Assembly (NCBI GenBank): GCA_047967505.1
Contig: CM106538.1
Strand: one strand, 5' to 3'
DNA length: 64,000 nucleotides
From: Dipteris shenzhenensis
Taxonomy: Eukaryota
Each line of letters starts with the position of its first letter. The first letter of the stretch is position 1. Shown piece by piece: positions 24,772 through 39,100 of the stretch. Position numbers and translations under genes: made by a program. The notes under the pieces are model-generated. The model was not told the DNA's origin and searched no databases. It worked only from the letters and a program-made list of their open reading frames with translations.

Positions 24772-27700
24772 CACGATCAATAGTAATGAAATATTTCAAG
24801 CATAAGATAACCTTGGAATTAATCACCTCAATCAATCAAACTTTCAGTATTATAGCAATGCAAAATCAATAAATCACAGATGAATGGTGCACGCATGCGA
24901 CATATACCATCTCATGGTGCACCTGATGCTACACATGAATAATATCATACGGATGGTGCACACATGCTACACATAACGTCATCGCGTAAGTGGTGCACAC
25001 AATACTACACACTCATATAACCCACAGCCATATATCTAGCCATGTAGGAGCACACATGCATCACTACGAAACAACGAGCACACATGCATCAACTGCACGA
25101 CAAAAATGCTGGATCTCACTAAACGAAATACTGAAGGATTAAATTAATGGGATCATTCCAATTCTCGTAACATCCCTCTTGCTTGAAATCGCAATTGCCC
25201 TCAATTGCAGGACAAAAAAGTAGTCAATAAATCAAGGTACTGGCAAAAATATCGCTCGAGCATCCACTTAGCATCCTCAACGGGGTGGTTCTTAAATGTA
25301 AGAAGATAAATAGGATACGAGTTTCCTCGTCTCGTTTGAGTGATTTGTTGATCAATGATCTGGTCTGGCTCTAAGAGCTGGGTCTCTCCTTAAAGCAACG
25401 GTGCATCGTCTAAAATAGGTCGAACTGGTGGGTCTCTATGGAAAGGTTGAATTCAGGAGGTGCACATGAAAAGAATTATGAATTTTCCAATCGGGCGGTA
25501 ATTCGAGCCATAGGCATTGTCATTAATGCGCTCCAAAACTTTAAAGGGACCATAGGATTTAGGGGAAAACTTAACTACAGGGTGTGTCTCAATTCTCTTA
25601 AGTCTGTGCTTCTCAATATGTAACATGACTAGGTCACCATTAGCAAATACAACTTTCTTTCTACCCTTGTTTGCACATGCGGTATACACAACTTGAGCAT
25701 GCTTGATATTCTTTTTGCTAGAGAAATCTTTATTAAATCGATCAGCAGCCTCTACTTGGTGCTTAAGGTGGGTCAATGGAGTAGGAATGGTCTTTCAATA
25801 GACAATTTGGAATGGAGATTTGCCTGTAGCAGATTGCTTAGTGTTGTTGTAGGCAAATTGTAATATGTGTATAAATTTGTCTGGGTCTCCCTCGATGACT
25901 GAGATATTATTTATGCTAGGTCGACGGCTCAGTGCATCGGCAACTACATTGTCTTTGCCTGGTTGATATTGGATCATCGGTTTAAAATTGTTAATAATTT
26001 AATGTGCCGATCCGAGATCACCGGCTAAGTAAGGAGATGTCTAAGACTCTGGTGATCAGTCTTAATGAGTAACTCAGAACCCATAAGATAGTGTTTCCAG
26101 AGTTTAAGGGCATGCACCACAATAGCTAATTCTTTATCATACGTGGAATAGTTTAGCTTTGCTGGTTTTAATTTACGTGACTCGAATGCAATTGGATGGT
26201 TATCTTGCATGAGCACAGCCCCAAAACCGTGTCCACTAGCATCAGTAACCATGACAAAGAAGGGTCTCGTAAAGTCTGGCATGGCCAAAACTGGTGTGTG
26301 CGTCATTGCACCCTTAAGTCGTTGAAAAGCTAAAGTGTGCTGCTCACCCCAAGAGAAAGCACGAGTCTTATGCAGTAGTTTGGTCAATGGATGTGCCTTG
26401 TGTGCAAAATTTCTAACAAATCTATGATAGAAACTACAGAGACCTAGAAAAGATCGTAACTCATGGATATCTTTAGGTTGTGGTCAGTTTACTATCACTT
26501 CTACCTTCTTTGGATCTACTCAAATGCCTTCAGCTGAAACAATGTATCCAAGATATTCAATTTCAGGCTGGAAAAAAGAACTTTTCTCCAGGTTGGCATA
26601 TAGTTGGTTCTCACGTAAGAGAGAAAACAAGATCCAAGTGTTTCTCATGTTCCTCTCGACTCTTGCTATAAATCATGATATCATCAAAGAAAACTACCAC
26701 AACGTCTTGATAGGGTAGAAAGATACGATTCATCATCCGACTAAATGTAGCAGGTGCATTGGTCAATCCAAAAGGCATAACAAGAAATTCATAGTGACCA
26801 GTTTGGGTTCTAAAAGCAGTCTTGAAAATATCGGGCTTGATCACTCTCACTTGATGATATCCTGACTCAAGATTGATCTTGCTAAAGATTGTAGATCCTT
26901 TCAACTTGTCGAGTAGATCATCAACTCTCGGAATGGGGTATCGATTTTTCACAGTGATTTTATTTAAGGCACGATAATCGATGCACATTCGAAAAGTTCC
27001 ATTTTTCTTCTTGACAAGAACAACGGGTGTCCTAAATGGTGAGCTACTAGGTCGAATTAGGCCTCTAGCCAAAAGATCTTCTATTTGGGATTGAATCTCT
27101 CGCTGCTCAGTAGGATTGTGTCTATATGGTGATTTACACGGTGGTGCACTACCTAGAATAAGGTCAATCTTATGATCCTCAGGTCTAGATTGAGGTAGGC
27201 CAGGGGGTAAGTCTTTCATAAAGCAGTTGTCATAGGTAGCTAGAAAAGGATCCAAAGGCTCTTGCTTAGTTTTCTTAGTCTTATGACTAGCCTCAATCTT
27301 ATTGACCATAACCAGATATGTCTTCTCACATTTGAGGAAAGCTCTTTTAGCTTGGGTATGTGACAATATAGGCCAAGAGGGAAGATTCTTGTCACATTCT
27401 AGAGTCATAGTCTCAGTGCCTTGAGTCACAGTAATGGTGCGTTCAAGATAATCAGGTTTGGCATTATGATCGATGTGCCAGGACATCCCTAGAATGAGAT
27501 CTTGCTCACGCAAATGAGCGACTAAGAAATTACAGCTCTCAACTAATGGCCCTAAAGTCACCTCAAGATCCTTAACCATTTGCAAACAATTATGATTCGA
27601 TTCTTGAAAAGCTGATTTGACTTTATATTTTGTTTTGATGGTTGCAAGTCCTAAATTTTCAACTAAACGTTGCGAAATGAAATCATGGGTGCTTCCATCA

Positions 27701-28920
27701 TCAAATAAGACACTATGTTCTTTTTCGTGTAATAGTGCAGTTATATGTAACAAAGAAGTACGAAAATAAGATGCACTTTTACCTTAATAACACTTACCTG
27801 AAAGGGTGTAGTCGGCATCTTCAGTGTCATTGTCCTCATCCTCACCCTCTTGCTTGAAAGGTTTATCATGGGATCCATCATCAATGTAGTTAATTCGTGC
27901 GGAGTTGTTGCGCTGACTATTACCATTGGTATGTCCATTGGTTCTCCCTCCATTGCCTCCGTTGTTGTTGGTATCATTCTTTGCTTGGGTACCTGTCTTG
28001 TGTGTAGCAAGTGGATTCTTTGGACATTCATAAAAGTAGTGTCCCTTTTCTTTGCATTGGTAACATGTGACAAGTTCTTTGGTTCTTCGATTAATACGTG
28101 ACTTAGCAGGTTTCCAATTAGACTTACCATTATATCTACCAACTTTACCACTTACACCCTCCTGCTTGAAGTATGAAGTATGCTTCTTTGCTCCAGGGGT
28201 GCGAGTAGCAAAGCTTCTTCCTTGCTTTCTTTCTGACTCTAATGCCAAATCCATAGCATCAGAAGCTGTAGATGGTCGAAGCATATGTACATCAGCATGA
28301 ATAGTAGGATGTAAACCCTCAACAAAGGTACGACATTGCTCCTTTTGGGACACTTTCTCAATAGTTTGCAATTGAAGGAGAGAGGAAAGATATTTCTCAG
28401 TATATGCATCCACACTCTCATTATCCAACTGCCTCAATCTTCGCCATTGCCTACGAGTATCCTCTTCAAACTATGTAGGTAGGAAGCGCTTCTTGATTTT
28501 ATCTTTGAATGCTTCCCATGTCTTTGGAACATGAGTGCTTTCGGCAACCACACTCCACCATAATTGTGCACTGCTTGTCATGTGACTTACAGCAAGTTTT
28601 ACCTTCTTGATCTCTTCGTACCGTTCTCCCAAAAAGTATCGATTGAAAGAACTAATCCACGCAAGTAAAGCTTGTCCATCTCTTTTACCATCATATTTTG
28701 GAAAAGAAAAAGTTTTGCGATTAATCTTACCAGATTTCTTCTTATCACGAAGCTTGAGTGCTTTCAAGATGGCCTTTCCCATGTTGTCTTTATCGCTGGA
28801 CTCATGTGAAGGAGTAGTGTCATGATGTCGTCGTAGTGAAGTCTTCACATGTCGCTTCTTATTTCTTTGATGTCTCGTCTTGCTTCTTCCACGCTCACTA
28901 TCACTGGTGTCTGATGATTT
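24772..28920 (-). mobile_element. Gypsy-2: decayed chromovirus with a truncated 3' LTR (24772-25172)
   Basis: Gag 28848-27784 (CYQCKEKGHYFYEC); PR-RT 27753-26611; RH 26387-26025; integrase C-terminus and chromodomain 25880-25230; same PPT as Gypsy-1 at 25173-25184. Confidence 0.92.
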
Positions 28921-29846
28921 GTTGCTTTCAAAAGGAGGGGTATTTTAATTCAACTTTTTGAAAAAATTTAACAAGGTTACAATAACAGGAGGGGTTTTAA
29001 AATATAAATTTAGAAAAAAATCACTTAGTTCATAAGTCAATAGGGGTGTTTTTATTGAAGGAAAAAATTTAATTGAGGTGATTTTCAAATACCCCTTGAA
29101 CTTACGTGATACATATAATTTCTTAGTAGTGCACCCCCCGAGCATCTTTGTAGGGACTAAGAATTTGTTCCATTGGCCTGCTTTCAAATCTAGCATGAGC
29201 CAAACTGCTCCTATGTTGCCTAATATACTCTATGTCATTTGAAAGGTTCTAATGCTTTTTACCACCTACCAATATAATGGGTGTCATTGTAGTATATGAT
29301 AGCTTAGCGCCTCAAGTCATGGTCCAATAGATATGAGGATCAAATGTGAAAAGTAAAGGTTGCACATTCATGTATGAAAAAATCCTTCATAAGCTTGGAT
29401 GGGGAATCAAGGTTTTCACCTCCATTGGGAGTTTCAAGGGTAAGAAGGAGTGCAAATTTTAGAAAGAGTTTCTAGGGTTTAGAAGGAGGTTCTAGGGTAT
29501 AGAGTAGAGAACGTGATGGAAAGCTCATTTCCTTCATGATTTTGGAGTATAAGGGATGAGAAACTAATCTAGAAGTGAAAGGGTCCAATGGAAGAGTAGG
29601 GGTGGGAGAGAAGGAATGGGTCAGAGCAAAGGGGTTGGGGGAGAGAAAGAAGAAGAAGAAAGGAGCAAAGGGGCAAGGAGGAATTGTGAGGTAGGAGAGG
29701 GGGAAGTGGGAGACGAGGGAAAGACATGCTATTGAACATTGTAGTGCAAGAAAGCATGGACACTTGGAGAAAATTGCACAAGAACGCAAAGTTGAGATGA
29801 ACACTATGCCCTAAAAGAGTGTGGGATTCATTCTATTATGAGACAT

Positions 29847-30750
29847 TTATACAAGTTTTGAGATCTTCCCTTTCTGCATGTAGGAATTGTAGGATGTTCT
29901 CTCTCTGCACTCTGCACATTTATACAAGTTTTGAGATCTTCCCTCTCTGCATGTAGGAATTGTAGGATGTTCTCTCTCTGCACTCTGCGAATCACATGTA
30001 AGAATTGCTTGATTTTCTATCTTTGCATGTAGGAATTGCATGAACGATTTGCATGACTTTCTCTCTTTGTAAGTAGGAATCGCATGAGTTTCTCTCTCTC
30101 TACATGTAGGATCCATAAGAGAGTATATTCTTGTCAATCCCATATTGAGCGTTTTTCTCTCACAGAGTTACTATTTCTCTCTCTAGAATTAGATTTTACA
30201 AGTACATCTAGATCTTTCCTAGAGAGAGTTTTGGTTGTGCTTGTCCTATTAGATCTTTCTAATATGCTCTTGGTAGGTACATGTAACTACAAGCTAAGCT
30301 TTACCACTACTCTATATACATACTTTACACAATTTACAGAGTGCTCATTGACATAATGTTCATTTCATTCAACATTAGGTCGATCCATATCCAATAAGGC
30401 TCAATTGAATTATGACTAGGCTTCTTGAGCAACTAAAAGGAGGTCGCAACACTAAGGGCATCAAACTTGACATCCCACTACCAAAGCCTCACCAATGCAT
30501 TCGATTATGTGTCGTTCAATGACTGCTTGATTTCACACTAATAGTAAACAACGGCTTGCTTAGATTAGATCAATTTGATGACTTGTGATTGTTATGAGCT
30601 TGGTCACCTTAGATTGGTTTGATGACTTTTGATTGACTTGCACACTAACAATAATTAGCAACTTGCTAGGCTTAGATTAATTTGATGACTTGTGATTGTT
30701 AGCAGATTGCTCACCTTAGATGGTTTGATGACTTTTGATTGACTTGCTAA
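29847..30750. repeat. Unclassified repeat with short tandem duplications (~71 bp at 29847-29990, ~110 bp at 30560-30750)
   Basis: Visible direct repeats; likely non-coding part of an LTR element. Confidence 0.55.
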
Positions 30751-30952
30751 TTATATGGAAAATTTTCATTTTCACCTCTTCATTGCCATTCCTATCATTT
30801 CAAGAGCATCCCTAGCCAATTCCTTGACAGTTTTTAAAACACTCAAGAAAACTTCTATGTAGAAACCCACCTTGAGAAGACAGTAGCAGGAAGCCATTAG
30901 GGGAGTTTTGTACAATAATGAGACAATAATACTACAAGGGAGTTTTATACAA

Positions 30953-30998
<46 letters not shown>

Positions 30999-31599
30999 GC
31001 ACCTATCGTATGGTAGGATTGCTGGATTCTAACTCATCATCTCTTCCTCGTCATGTGTCTTTTTTCAGTTTGTGCTTTCATTGGATGGGTTTAGAGATAT
31101 GCATGTATAATAATTTAGTAAGAGTGTTTAGGTATTCTTCACTTGATTAAGATTTGCTCTAGACACCTATTTATTGTACTTTGATTGGCTGGACTCTCAT
31201 GTGTCTACATCTTGGCCACGGGTCATAAATGCTCGATTCATTCAACATATCGTAGTCTATTTGTTGTTTGATTTGAGTCACCTATTCGATTGATTTGCAT
31301 AGTCATTATTGCTCAATCACTCTTACATCCTTTTCCTTTACTCTAAGTTGTTTTTATACGTTTGATCTATAGGTCCCTTGTTGTTGATGCTTCATTCATG
31401 CTTATGTTGTATTCATTCAAGATTCATTTAGGGGGCATCTAAAGGGCTCAAAGATTGCTCACTAGAATCTCCCATAAGGTGTTCATCGAGGCATGTGCAG
31501 GCCCGTAAAGAATGTGTGGCTCATCATCTAGAGACATGACTCTACTTAATGTCATTGAGTTGTAAAAGCCCAAGAAGAGCCATGTTTCTCATAAAATAC

Positions 31600-31910
31600 C
31601 TAAGGCCCCAAAAGAGAGAGCGAAGCCACCAAACCCCAAGTCATAAAGAAGGGGAAAGGAACAAGAGTGTTCAAAAGACTAGCAATCCCCCTCTAGATAT
31701 ACCTTGCCTATCTGCAATCCCATAGACAATGCTAAATGGACTCCTCAATAGCAAGGCAACGAGGGCAAGTAGATGCTGCCCCAAACTTGGACTCCACAAG
31801 TTCATTGCAATCCCTCTGTGAATAGAAAGCCAAAAGAAAAGCGTGGTTTTTCTCTTCTTGAGGGATTTTGAGAGTCTCTTCCAAAATGATATCTACAAAT
31901 CCTTTATTTG
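31600..31910 (-). mobile_element. L1 zf-RVT fragment
   Basis: TCPRCLAIEESI*HCLWDC; similar to 50012-50200. Confidence 0.7.
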
Positions 31911-33439
31911 TCATGCTCAAATATAACTAGAATGGTGATGTCTATTATCATTTCAATAAAGATAATTAGTTATTAAATTAAAAAAAAGTATATATATATA
32001 TATATATGCATCAAAATTTTATGTTTATGATATGGATGCAAGAGGTAGAGGGAGAGGGATGCGAACCAAACACAAAGGCTACAGCTAAGAAAGGACAACA
32101 AAATGACCACAAGGATTCTAACAATATTAGTGATGATATTGCTAACAAATCACGTGGTTCAAAAAAAAAAAACAAACGAGGTGGTGATGCTTGGGACCAA
32201 CAATCTAATATAAGAGAAGAGGGGTTTGAGGCTTGGGAAAGGGCACTCATTGATAGTAACAGATATACTTACATAGTTTGGATTGGTAGATTTGGAACAC
32301 TATATAATTAGTAGATGAGGGATGGGGGAGATTGATATAGTATGCGCTAGGTATGCTACAAGTGCAGCCTTGTATATAAAATAGATTTGCATAATCTATG
32401 ACAATTTTTAATTTCAAAACAACTTTCATTTTTTTATGTAGAACTACTGGCATGTTTTTAGCCTTACAACAAAATAAAATACAACCTATGAAATAAATAG
32501 AGCATCCCCATTACAAGTGCTTACCACTTTCCATGGTTGATCTACGATATTCTCTAGTTTCTAGTATGCATGCAATACTCTCTAGTTTCTAGTATGGCCT
32601 CAAATTCTTTGAAAAGCAACACTATAAATATCATAACATTCCAAATAAATGTGTGTACTGCTCCATTCTTAGAACACATATATGTGAATCACTTATCAAA
32701 TAATAGAGCTAAAGCATGTATGATAAAAATATAGACCTAAAGCATATGATCAAACTTACAAGCTAAAAGAAAAAGATGACCTGAATTAAGATGGACTTCA
32801 AAAGAAAAAGATGACTCGAATTAAGATGGACTTCAATAGAAAATGGAGAGGTGAATGATGCTAAACGATGGGAGATGAGAGAGACTGGAAGATGTCACTA
32901 GGGAATAGTATGGGAGAAGATACCATAGAGTAGCTTCGAGTTGCTTGTATCAGATAAGAACTGTCAAATGAAAGATAGCCCAACGTACCACTTAGGTACC
33001 CCCTATGTGCCATGCAAAAAAAACAACTACTCTTGGAGGCATTGTTAAATGATGGATAGTTTTAAAACTGAAATAGCATTGCTTAGCGGTCGCTCACAAT
33101 TTTAAATACCATTGCAAAATGATGCCGGATACGTCATTTGCATGTAATTTTGTGATGGGTCGAGTGTGACTACCTTATCAACACATTCTTGAATATAAAT
33201 TGTGCAGATTTGCATGAAAGTAGAGTCATTATAGGTTCGATATGTAGTAATACAAAGGAGGGTTTTTGCATGTTTTGGTGATTTACATACACCACATTGT
33301 GAATGCTCTCATGCATGGTTTCAATAAATGCATACAAGAGAGTGAGTGCAAAAAATTGAAGAGTAGAAAAGAGACATTTAAGGAGCGGTTGTTTAAACGA
33401 GGGTTAAGCCTATTAAACCAGGATTACGAGACGTAATCT

Positions 33440-34423
33440 TGGGCAAAGCTACGGCCACCTCTTGCACCCAGCTATCCTTCTTTGGCTCCTTGATAACTCA
33501 TTTTTCTGCAGCGATCTTCTCGTCAGCTTCCTTCCTCGCTCCAAGATCGACGTAAGTTTTTCTTTTTTTGGCCCTTTTGCAACCACTAAGATCGAAAATG
33601 CTGCACTTTACAAGTACAATGGTGTCTTTGTTTGCGTCCCGCAATCTTCCTGCATGAGATCGTCCGCGTTTCGCCACAATAATGCCGAAACACAGGAAAA
33701 TTTCTACGTTTGTTTATGTAATGAACAAAAAGACAATGCATTTAATTTGTGGGAATACAAGAGATTTGCAAACTGGAAGGCCAAGCTCGTTGTTCCGACC
33801 TGAGAATCGGAACTGATGAATCTACACATCGACGCTGGTCTTTTTTATTGCTCCTTTAGGATCGCCTGCATTGCGGTTGCACATGGAAAGCGTCGTAAGA
33901 GTTAGTCAGTCCTTACGCCATTAATTGACGCTGTGCTAAAAACAGAAATTACTCTTTAAAACGTGTGACATTATTAAAGTTTCGCTGAGATACTCTATAG
34001 CAAAGCTATTAAGATTGCTTGTAAGTCTGTTTCTGACGACCCGTACCAAAGGTGTTGCAAGAGTCCGTCCTTGCACACTAGCTTCTTTATAGCAACCCGA
34101 GGTTGATGTGCAACGTGAACTTTGTAAAGCCGCTTGTAAAAAAGCTAAAAAGGTGATTTTGCACAGAATGCTGCAGTGGATGGGAGGAGCTCGGCGCAAA
34201 CTGAAAACTGTATCTCTCTCTCTCTCTCTCTCTCTCTCTTCGCTCTCTCTCTCACACATATACACACACATACACGTATGTGCGAAACACTTGGAAAGCT
34301 TTTTTGAACGTTCTCCAACTTGTGCCAAGGAAACCACATCTTACCCAATTTCTTGTCGAGGCACATTACTTATGAGGTGGCACAGACTTTTCAGGCCATA
34401 AGAAACAGAACTCTAAGAAACTG

Positions 34424-34465
<42 letters not shown>

Positions 34466-35159
34466 ATTCCTCTTACCCTTCAGGATCTATGGTACTGGTG
34501 ACCAATGAAAAAAATCTTTTACAAAGCTTGCTGTGTTGTGAGTACTTGCTTAGCTAACTCGTGTGCTAGCTCTAGGACTTTGCTGCCGCATTCCAAGACT
34601 TGCTTCCCAACTTTTTGGTTGATTGTTCCAACAGGTTTTTAGGTTGTCCATGCTGTCCCTATATTTTCCTCTGATGTGTGCATTGGCTTGACATTTTAGG
34701 AGCATGTGCTGCTCATTTTCTACCTCCCTTGTGGGGCAGATTTTGCAGATTCTTGCATCCCTTGGGATCCTAGGGTCTTGCCCACCTGCCCCTCTCCACC
34801 TCTAGGTCATGTGAGCTGGTTCTCATTTTTCAGATTAGATAACTTTTGAACATTGATATATCCTCCTCGAGGTATTTTTGCATTTCATGTCCCTCCATCA
34901 GATTGATTTGCTATTTATAAAACTGCATTTTCGTCCCTGGGTCTTGCCATAGTTTTCGTAGCATTTTTAACGATACTAGATTTCTGAGTTCACCTATATT
35001 GTCTGGTATATCAGCAGCCTTTATGCCCAATAATTCCATCCTTTTTGCGTTATATGGAGGGGGGCATGCGCGCATGCACATACACACACACAGAGTTTAT
35101 TAAAGTCTTTGGAAGACAGATGGGTCTATGAGATTGTGAGAAACCTGATACAAAAAGCT

Positions 35160-35209
<50 letters not shown>

Positions 35210-35330
35210 GATTGTATTAAATTTCTCGTGAGACCTTGCAAGATCTATGGGACTGGTGACCACTATTGAACTACATAGTGGTCAGTTACATCCAGTGATA
35301 GACAATTTTCACAGATCTTTTCTATGTTGT
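33440..35330 (+). other. Possible 5' end of an unidentified host gene (UTR exon plus short exons)
   Basis: CT-rich leader with GTAAGT donor at 33552; polypyrimidine acceptor at 33859; ATG at 33883; 60-nt open phase-0 exon 34093-34152 (QPEVDVQRELCKAACKKAKK); no homology recognised. Confidence 0.35.
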
Positions 35331-35700
35331 GAGTCTCTGCTGAGTTATTTTGTGTGCTAATTTGCTACGATGCCCCAAGATTTCTTTTATGTAGCTTCCA
35401 AGGTTGTGGGCTGGCTGTTCCAATAGTTATTTCTAATATCTCCATGTCTCTCCCTGATGTGTGCATATGGCTCAGCATTTCAACAGCATGTGCTGCTCGC
35501 TTCTATTTTCCTGTCCTATGTTTCCCCCGTAGGACAGATTTTGCATAATCTTCCCTCTCCTGGAATTTTGGGCCGCATCCATTTGCCTCGTCCTCTTCTA
35601 GCTCATGTGATTTAGTCCTTAGTTTGCATATTAAATGCCTGTTAAATATTGAAATGTCTTCCCCACAATATTTCTATAAGAGATTCCAAAGATATGGTAT

Positions 35701-36140
35701 TGTAGGCATAAAGTCAACCCCATGGTTGACTAGTAGTACTTAGGTACTATATATACCAAGTACTTGTATTGTTTCATTTGAACATTTCTATTGGAGCTTT
35801 CTTGTGTGTGCACTCTTGCTCACTTGTGTTCACAACTTGTCTCCACTTTGTTCCTACATTTGGTATCAGAGCGCTTTCGTCTCTAGAGCCCATTCCCGTG
35901 CTTGCTTCCAGACTCCTGCAAGCTTGGTGCTTCAATGCGTGTTCTTGGTTCTCACATTCAGCTCTCCAGCTTTTGCTTGAGGTAGCTCCCAAAGTCCAGC
36001 GACTATTTTTTGACCTTTTGAGGTCCGATTTTGACGTTTTTTGAAATTTCCGAGCTGCCCGCATACAAACAAGCCTGTCCCTCTTTTTTGTTAAAAAAAA
36101 AAGCAAGTCTGTCCCACACCATTTCACGTGGGAATTTTTT
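35701..36140 (+). mobile_element. Orphan short LTR (158 bp, 35701-35858) with Met PBS and leader, interrupted by Gypsy-3
   Basis: TGTAGG...CCTACA termini; TGGTATCAGAGC at 35861. Confidence 0.8.
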
Positions 36141-39100
36141 TGACACATACATTTCCTACTTACTACAGCAGATCACGGGAGTAGCACCACAGAATATCCT
36201 CCCAGCCAAATCCTGTTGAAGCGTGAGAGCTCTCAGAGAAGTCGAAATCAGCAGAATCACGTAACAGTTCATTCTCCTTCTCTCACTAACTCCAACAAGC
36301 CCCATCTCCCTAGATGGATCTAGATGCCACATGTCATCATCATAGGGCCTTTCCTAATGCATCTTTTCACCCCTCTCTTGGGATACTTTAATTTCCTTCG
36401 CCCCTAGGCACATTGCTTGCATTAGGCCCTTGGCCTTAGATCCACCTAGTCTGGTGCTATCAGCCCTCACCTAGGACCTTGACATTAATTCCCTCCCGAT
36501 CATTTACATGAAGCGCAAACAGATATATTACAAACATAGATCCTTTAAGGGAAATGTCGACTGATTCTTCCGAGGTCATGCTACCTCGGCTAGAGCATAA
36601 CATTCCTTCCCTCTTCAGACATCAGCGTCCTCGATGATAAAGTCTGGGAACACTCTCCACAACTAGTATATGGATTCCCAGGTAGCTTCTGATAGAGGTT
36701 GACCATGCCATGCAACCAACACCGTGGGTATCTTCCGATTGCGCACTTGCATTGTTCCTCGGTCCAGGATTCTTGTTGGTTTGCGCCTTGCATTATCCTC
36801 TATCTCTTGAAACAAAACCACACCTTCGATTAGTAAGTCACCTGTATGTAAAAATTTCTTTAAGCGCGAAACATGAAAAACTGGATGCACCTTGCAACCC
36901 TGTGGCAATTCTAATTTATAGGCTACCTTGCCTATTCTATCATAAGCATGACGAATGTAGCTAGAGCATTGGTAAGTCCAAAGGGCATTACCAAAAACTC
37001 ATAATGACCAAACCTGCTTCTGAAAGTGGTTTTATGCACATCCTCAGCTCTAATCCGGATTTGATGGTAGCCATACTTAAGATCTATCTTGCTGAAAATC
37101 ACGGCTCCATGTAATGCATCTAGCAAATCATCAATCCAAGCCATCGGATACCTATGCTTAACAATGATATTATTCAATGCTCTGTACTCTATACAGAGGC
37201 GAAACGTATCATCCTTTTTCTTCTTTAATATCACTGGCGAAGCAAAAGGTGAGAAACTTGGTTGAATCTGCCCCAACTTGAGGTATTCTTCCAGTTGTCT
37301 ACGCACCTCCGCCTTTTCAGTAAAACTCATTCTATAGGGAGGTCTATTTACAGGTTCTGCCCCCGGGATCAGTTCAATCTTATGCTGAACATTCCGCTCT
37401 GGAGGTAACCCATAAGGTAACTCATCCCTAAAACAGTCAGAGAACTCCTCTGCTATAAGATTAGCCAGCTTGGCCATCTCACCACTTTGCGCAACATCAG
37501 TGCTAGCCGAAGAATCATCAACCGGCTCTACCGATGCTGTACAAAGGAATAAAAACTCTTCTTGAGCTTTTCGGATTTCCATCACGGAAACCAACGGTCC
37601 CTGAGGTATATCTTTTTCACCTCGTAAGACATAAAGCACATCATTCATCTTGAATTGATATACGTGCTTTTTCCAATCAATGGCTGGATTCTTCCTAGAA
37701 TGCCACGCCATACCCAGGGCTATATCTGCATGAGCAAGCTTAGTCATTTCAAAATCAAGCTTCTCAGCATAGTCCTGAATACGAAGCTCCAACTGGGTAA
37801 CCCTTTGGTCCCATACTTCAGTTGAACTTCCATCTGCCATCCTGACTGTATACGCATAGTCAGATGGGCTAGTCTTTAACTTCAGCCTCTTCACAAGCTT
37901 GGAGTTAATTACATTGTGAGCTGACGCCGAGTCAAACAACACAATGACATCATGATTGGCCACTTGCCCTTTCATCTTAATTAACTCCGTATCATTAAAG
38001 GTTGTATACTTCGTTGTTGTGGACTTAGATAGGATGTTATTAGGTGCACTCGTTACTAGCTTAGCAACAGACACACATAACAAACAAGGTCCTGACCTCT
38101 GAGAAGATCTCGCTAGCTGAATCTGCATTTGTTTCGCTCTGGGACTTCCCTCCATTTCCACGTCGCATTCTGAGACTACCATCTCAGCCATCCAACGATC
38201 CTTATTTCGTGGACAATCCTTCCACTGATGAGGCTGAAGGCAACCAAAACACAAGCCTTCTCTCCTTGCTTTTTCTCTTTGCTCTGGGTTTAAGGGAGAC
38301 TTAGACCAAGCCCGGGCTGCCATTGGTGTTACTTTCCTCTTCACTCCAATGCTGGTACTTGATTTAGGAGTTTCAGCTGGTTTCGCCTGCTTGGCTTGAC
38401 CACTCGGCTGAGAACCACTCCCTTTACTAATCCACTTCTTCTTAAACCCAGATTTCTTCTGATACCCATACTGGGTTCCAACCTGCGCAAACCCACTTGG
38501 CCTGCTGCCCTTGGCATCTTCATAGTTCAGGGCTATGGCTATTGCATCATCCAACGTGTTCGCATACTTAGCTCGGACTTCCATTTTAATCCGATCATTC
38601 AATCCAAATATGAAATCTTTCACTTGGATTGATTGAGGTAGGGGTTCATCAACCTTCATTACGCTCTCTCGAAACTTATCAGTGTATTCTGCCACTGACA
38701 AATTTCTCTGACGAAGGTTCCTATACTGATCCCAAGCTCGGGATGCTTTGTCAGGAGGTAAGAAGTGTTTCCTAAATTCTCTTTTAAACTCCTCCCAGGT
38801 AGTGGATGCTATACCATCTTTCTGTTGCTTAATCCACCACCTATCCGCTGCCTCACTAAACATGTGGGTGGCCTCGCGGATTTTCTTGATATCATTTCTG
38901 ATTTCACAAATGGCGAACGCCTCGTCCCATTTGTGCAACCAGGTCTCAATGATATCGGAACTATGGTCATTCATCCGACCAGAATACTTTTCCGGCCTAT
39001 AATTGGCAATATTAGGACTTTAGCCCTCCTAGGCTCGACTGTATGGACACTAGACTCCAGTTCCATCGGAGCCTTTCCTTTCTCATCTCGAGAAGGTCTG

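Noticed and set aside
27781-27790. Programmed gag-pol readthrough at an in-frame TAA
   Set aside because: The element has other nonsense lesions, so this cannot be distinguished from decay
24772-28920. Single element with an internal inversion linking LTR 20935 and Gypsy-2
   Set aside because: The rest of the 3' LTR is not found after 28920
30772-32311. Short ORFs (KELARDALEMIGMAMKR and a K/D/N-rich 101 aa)
   Set aside because: No homology or exon chain recognised
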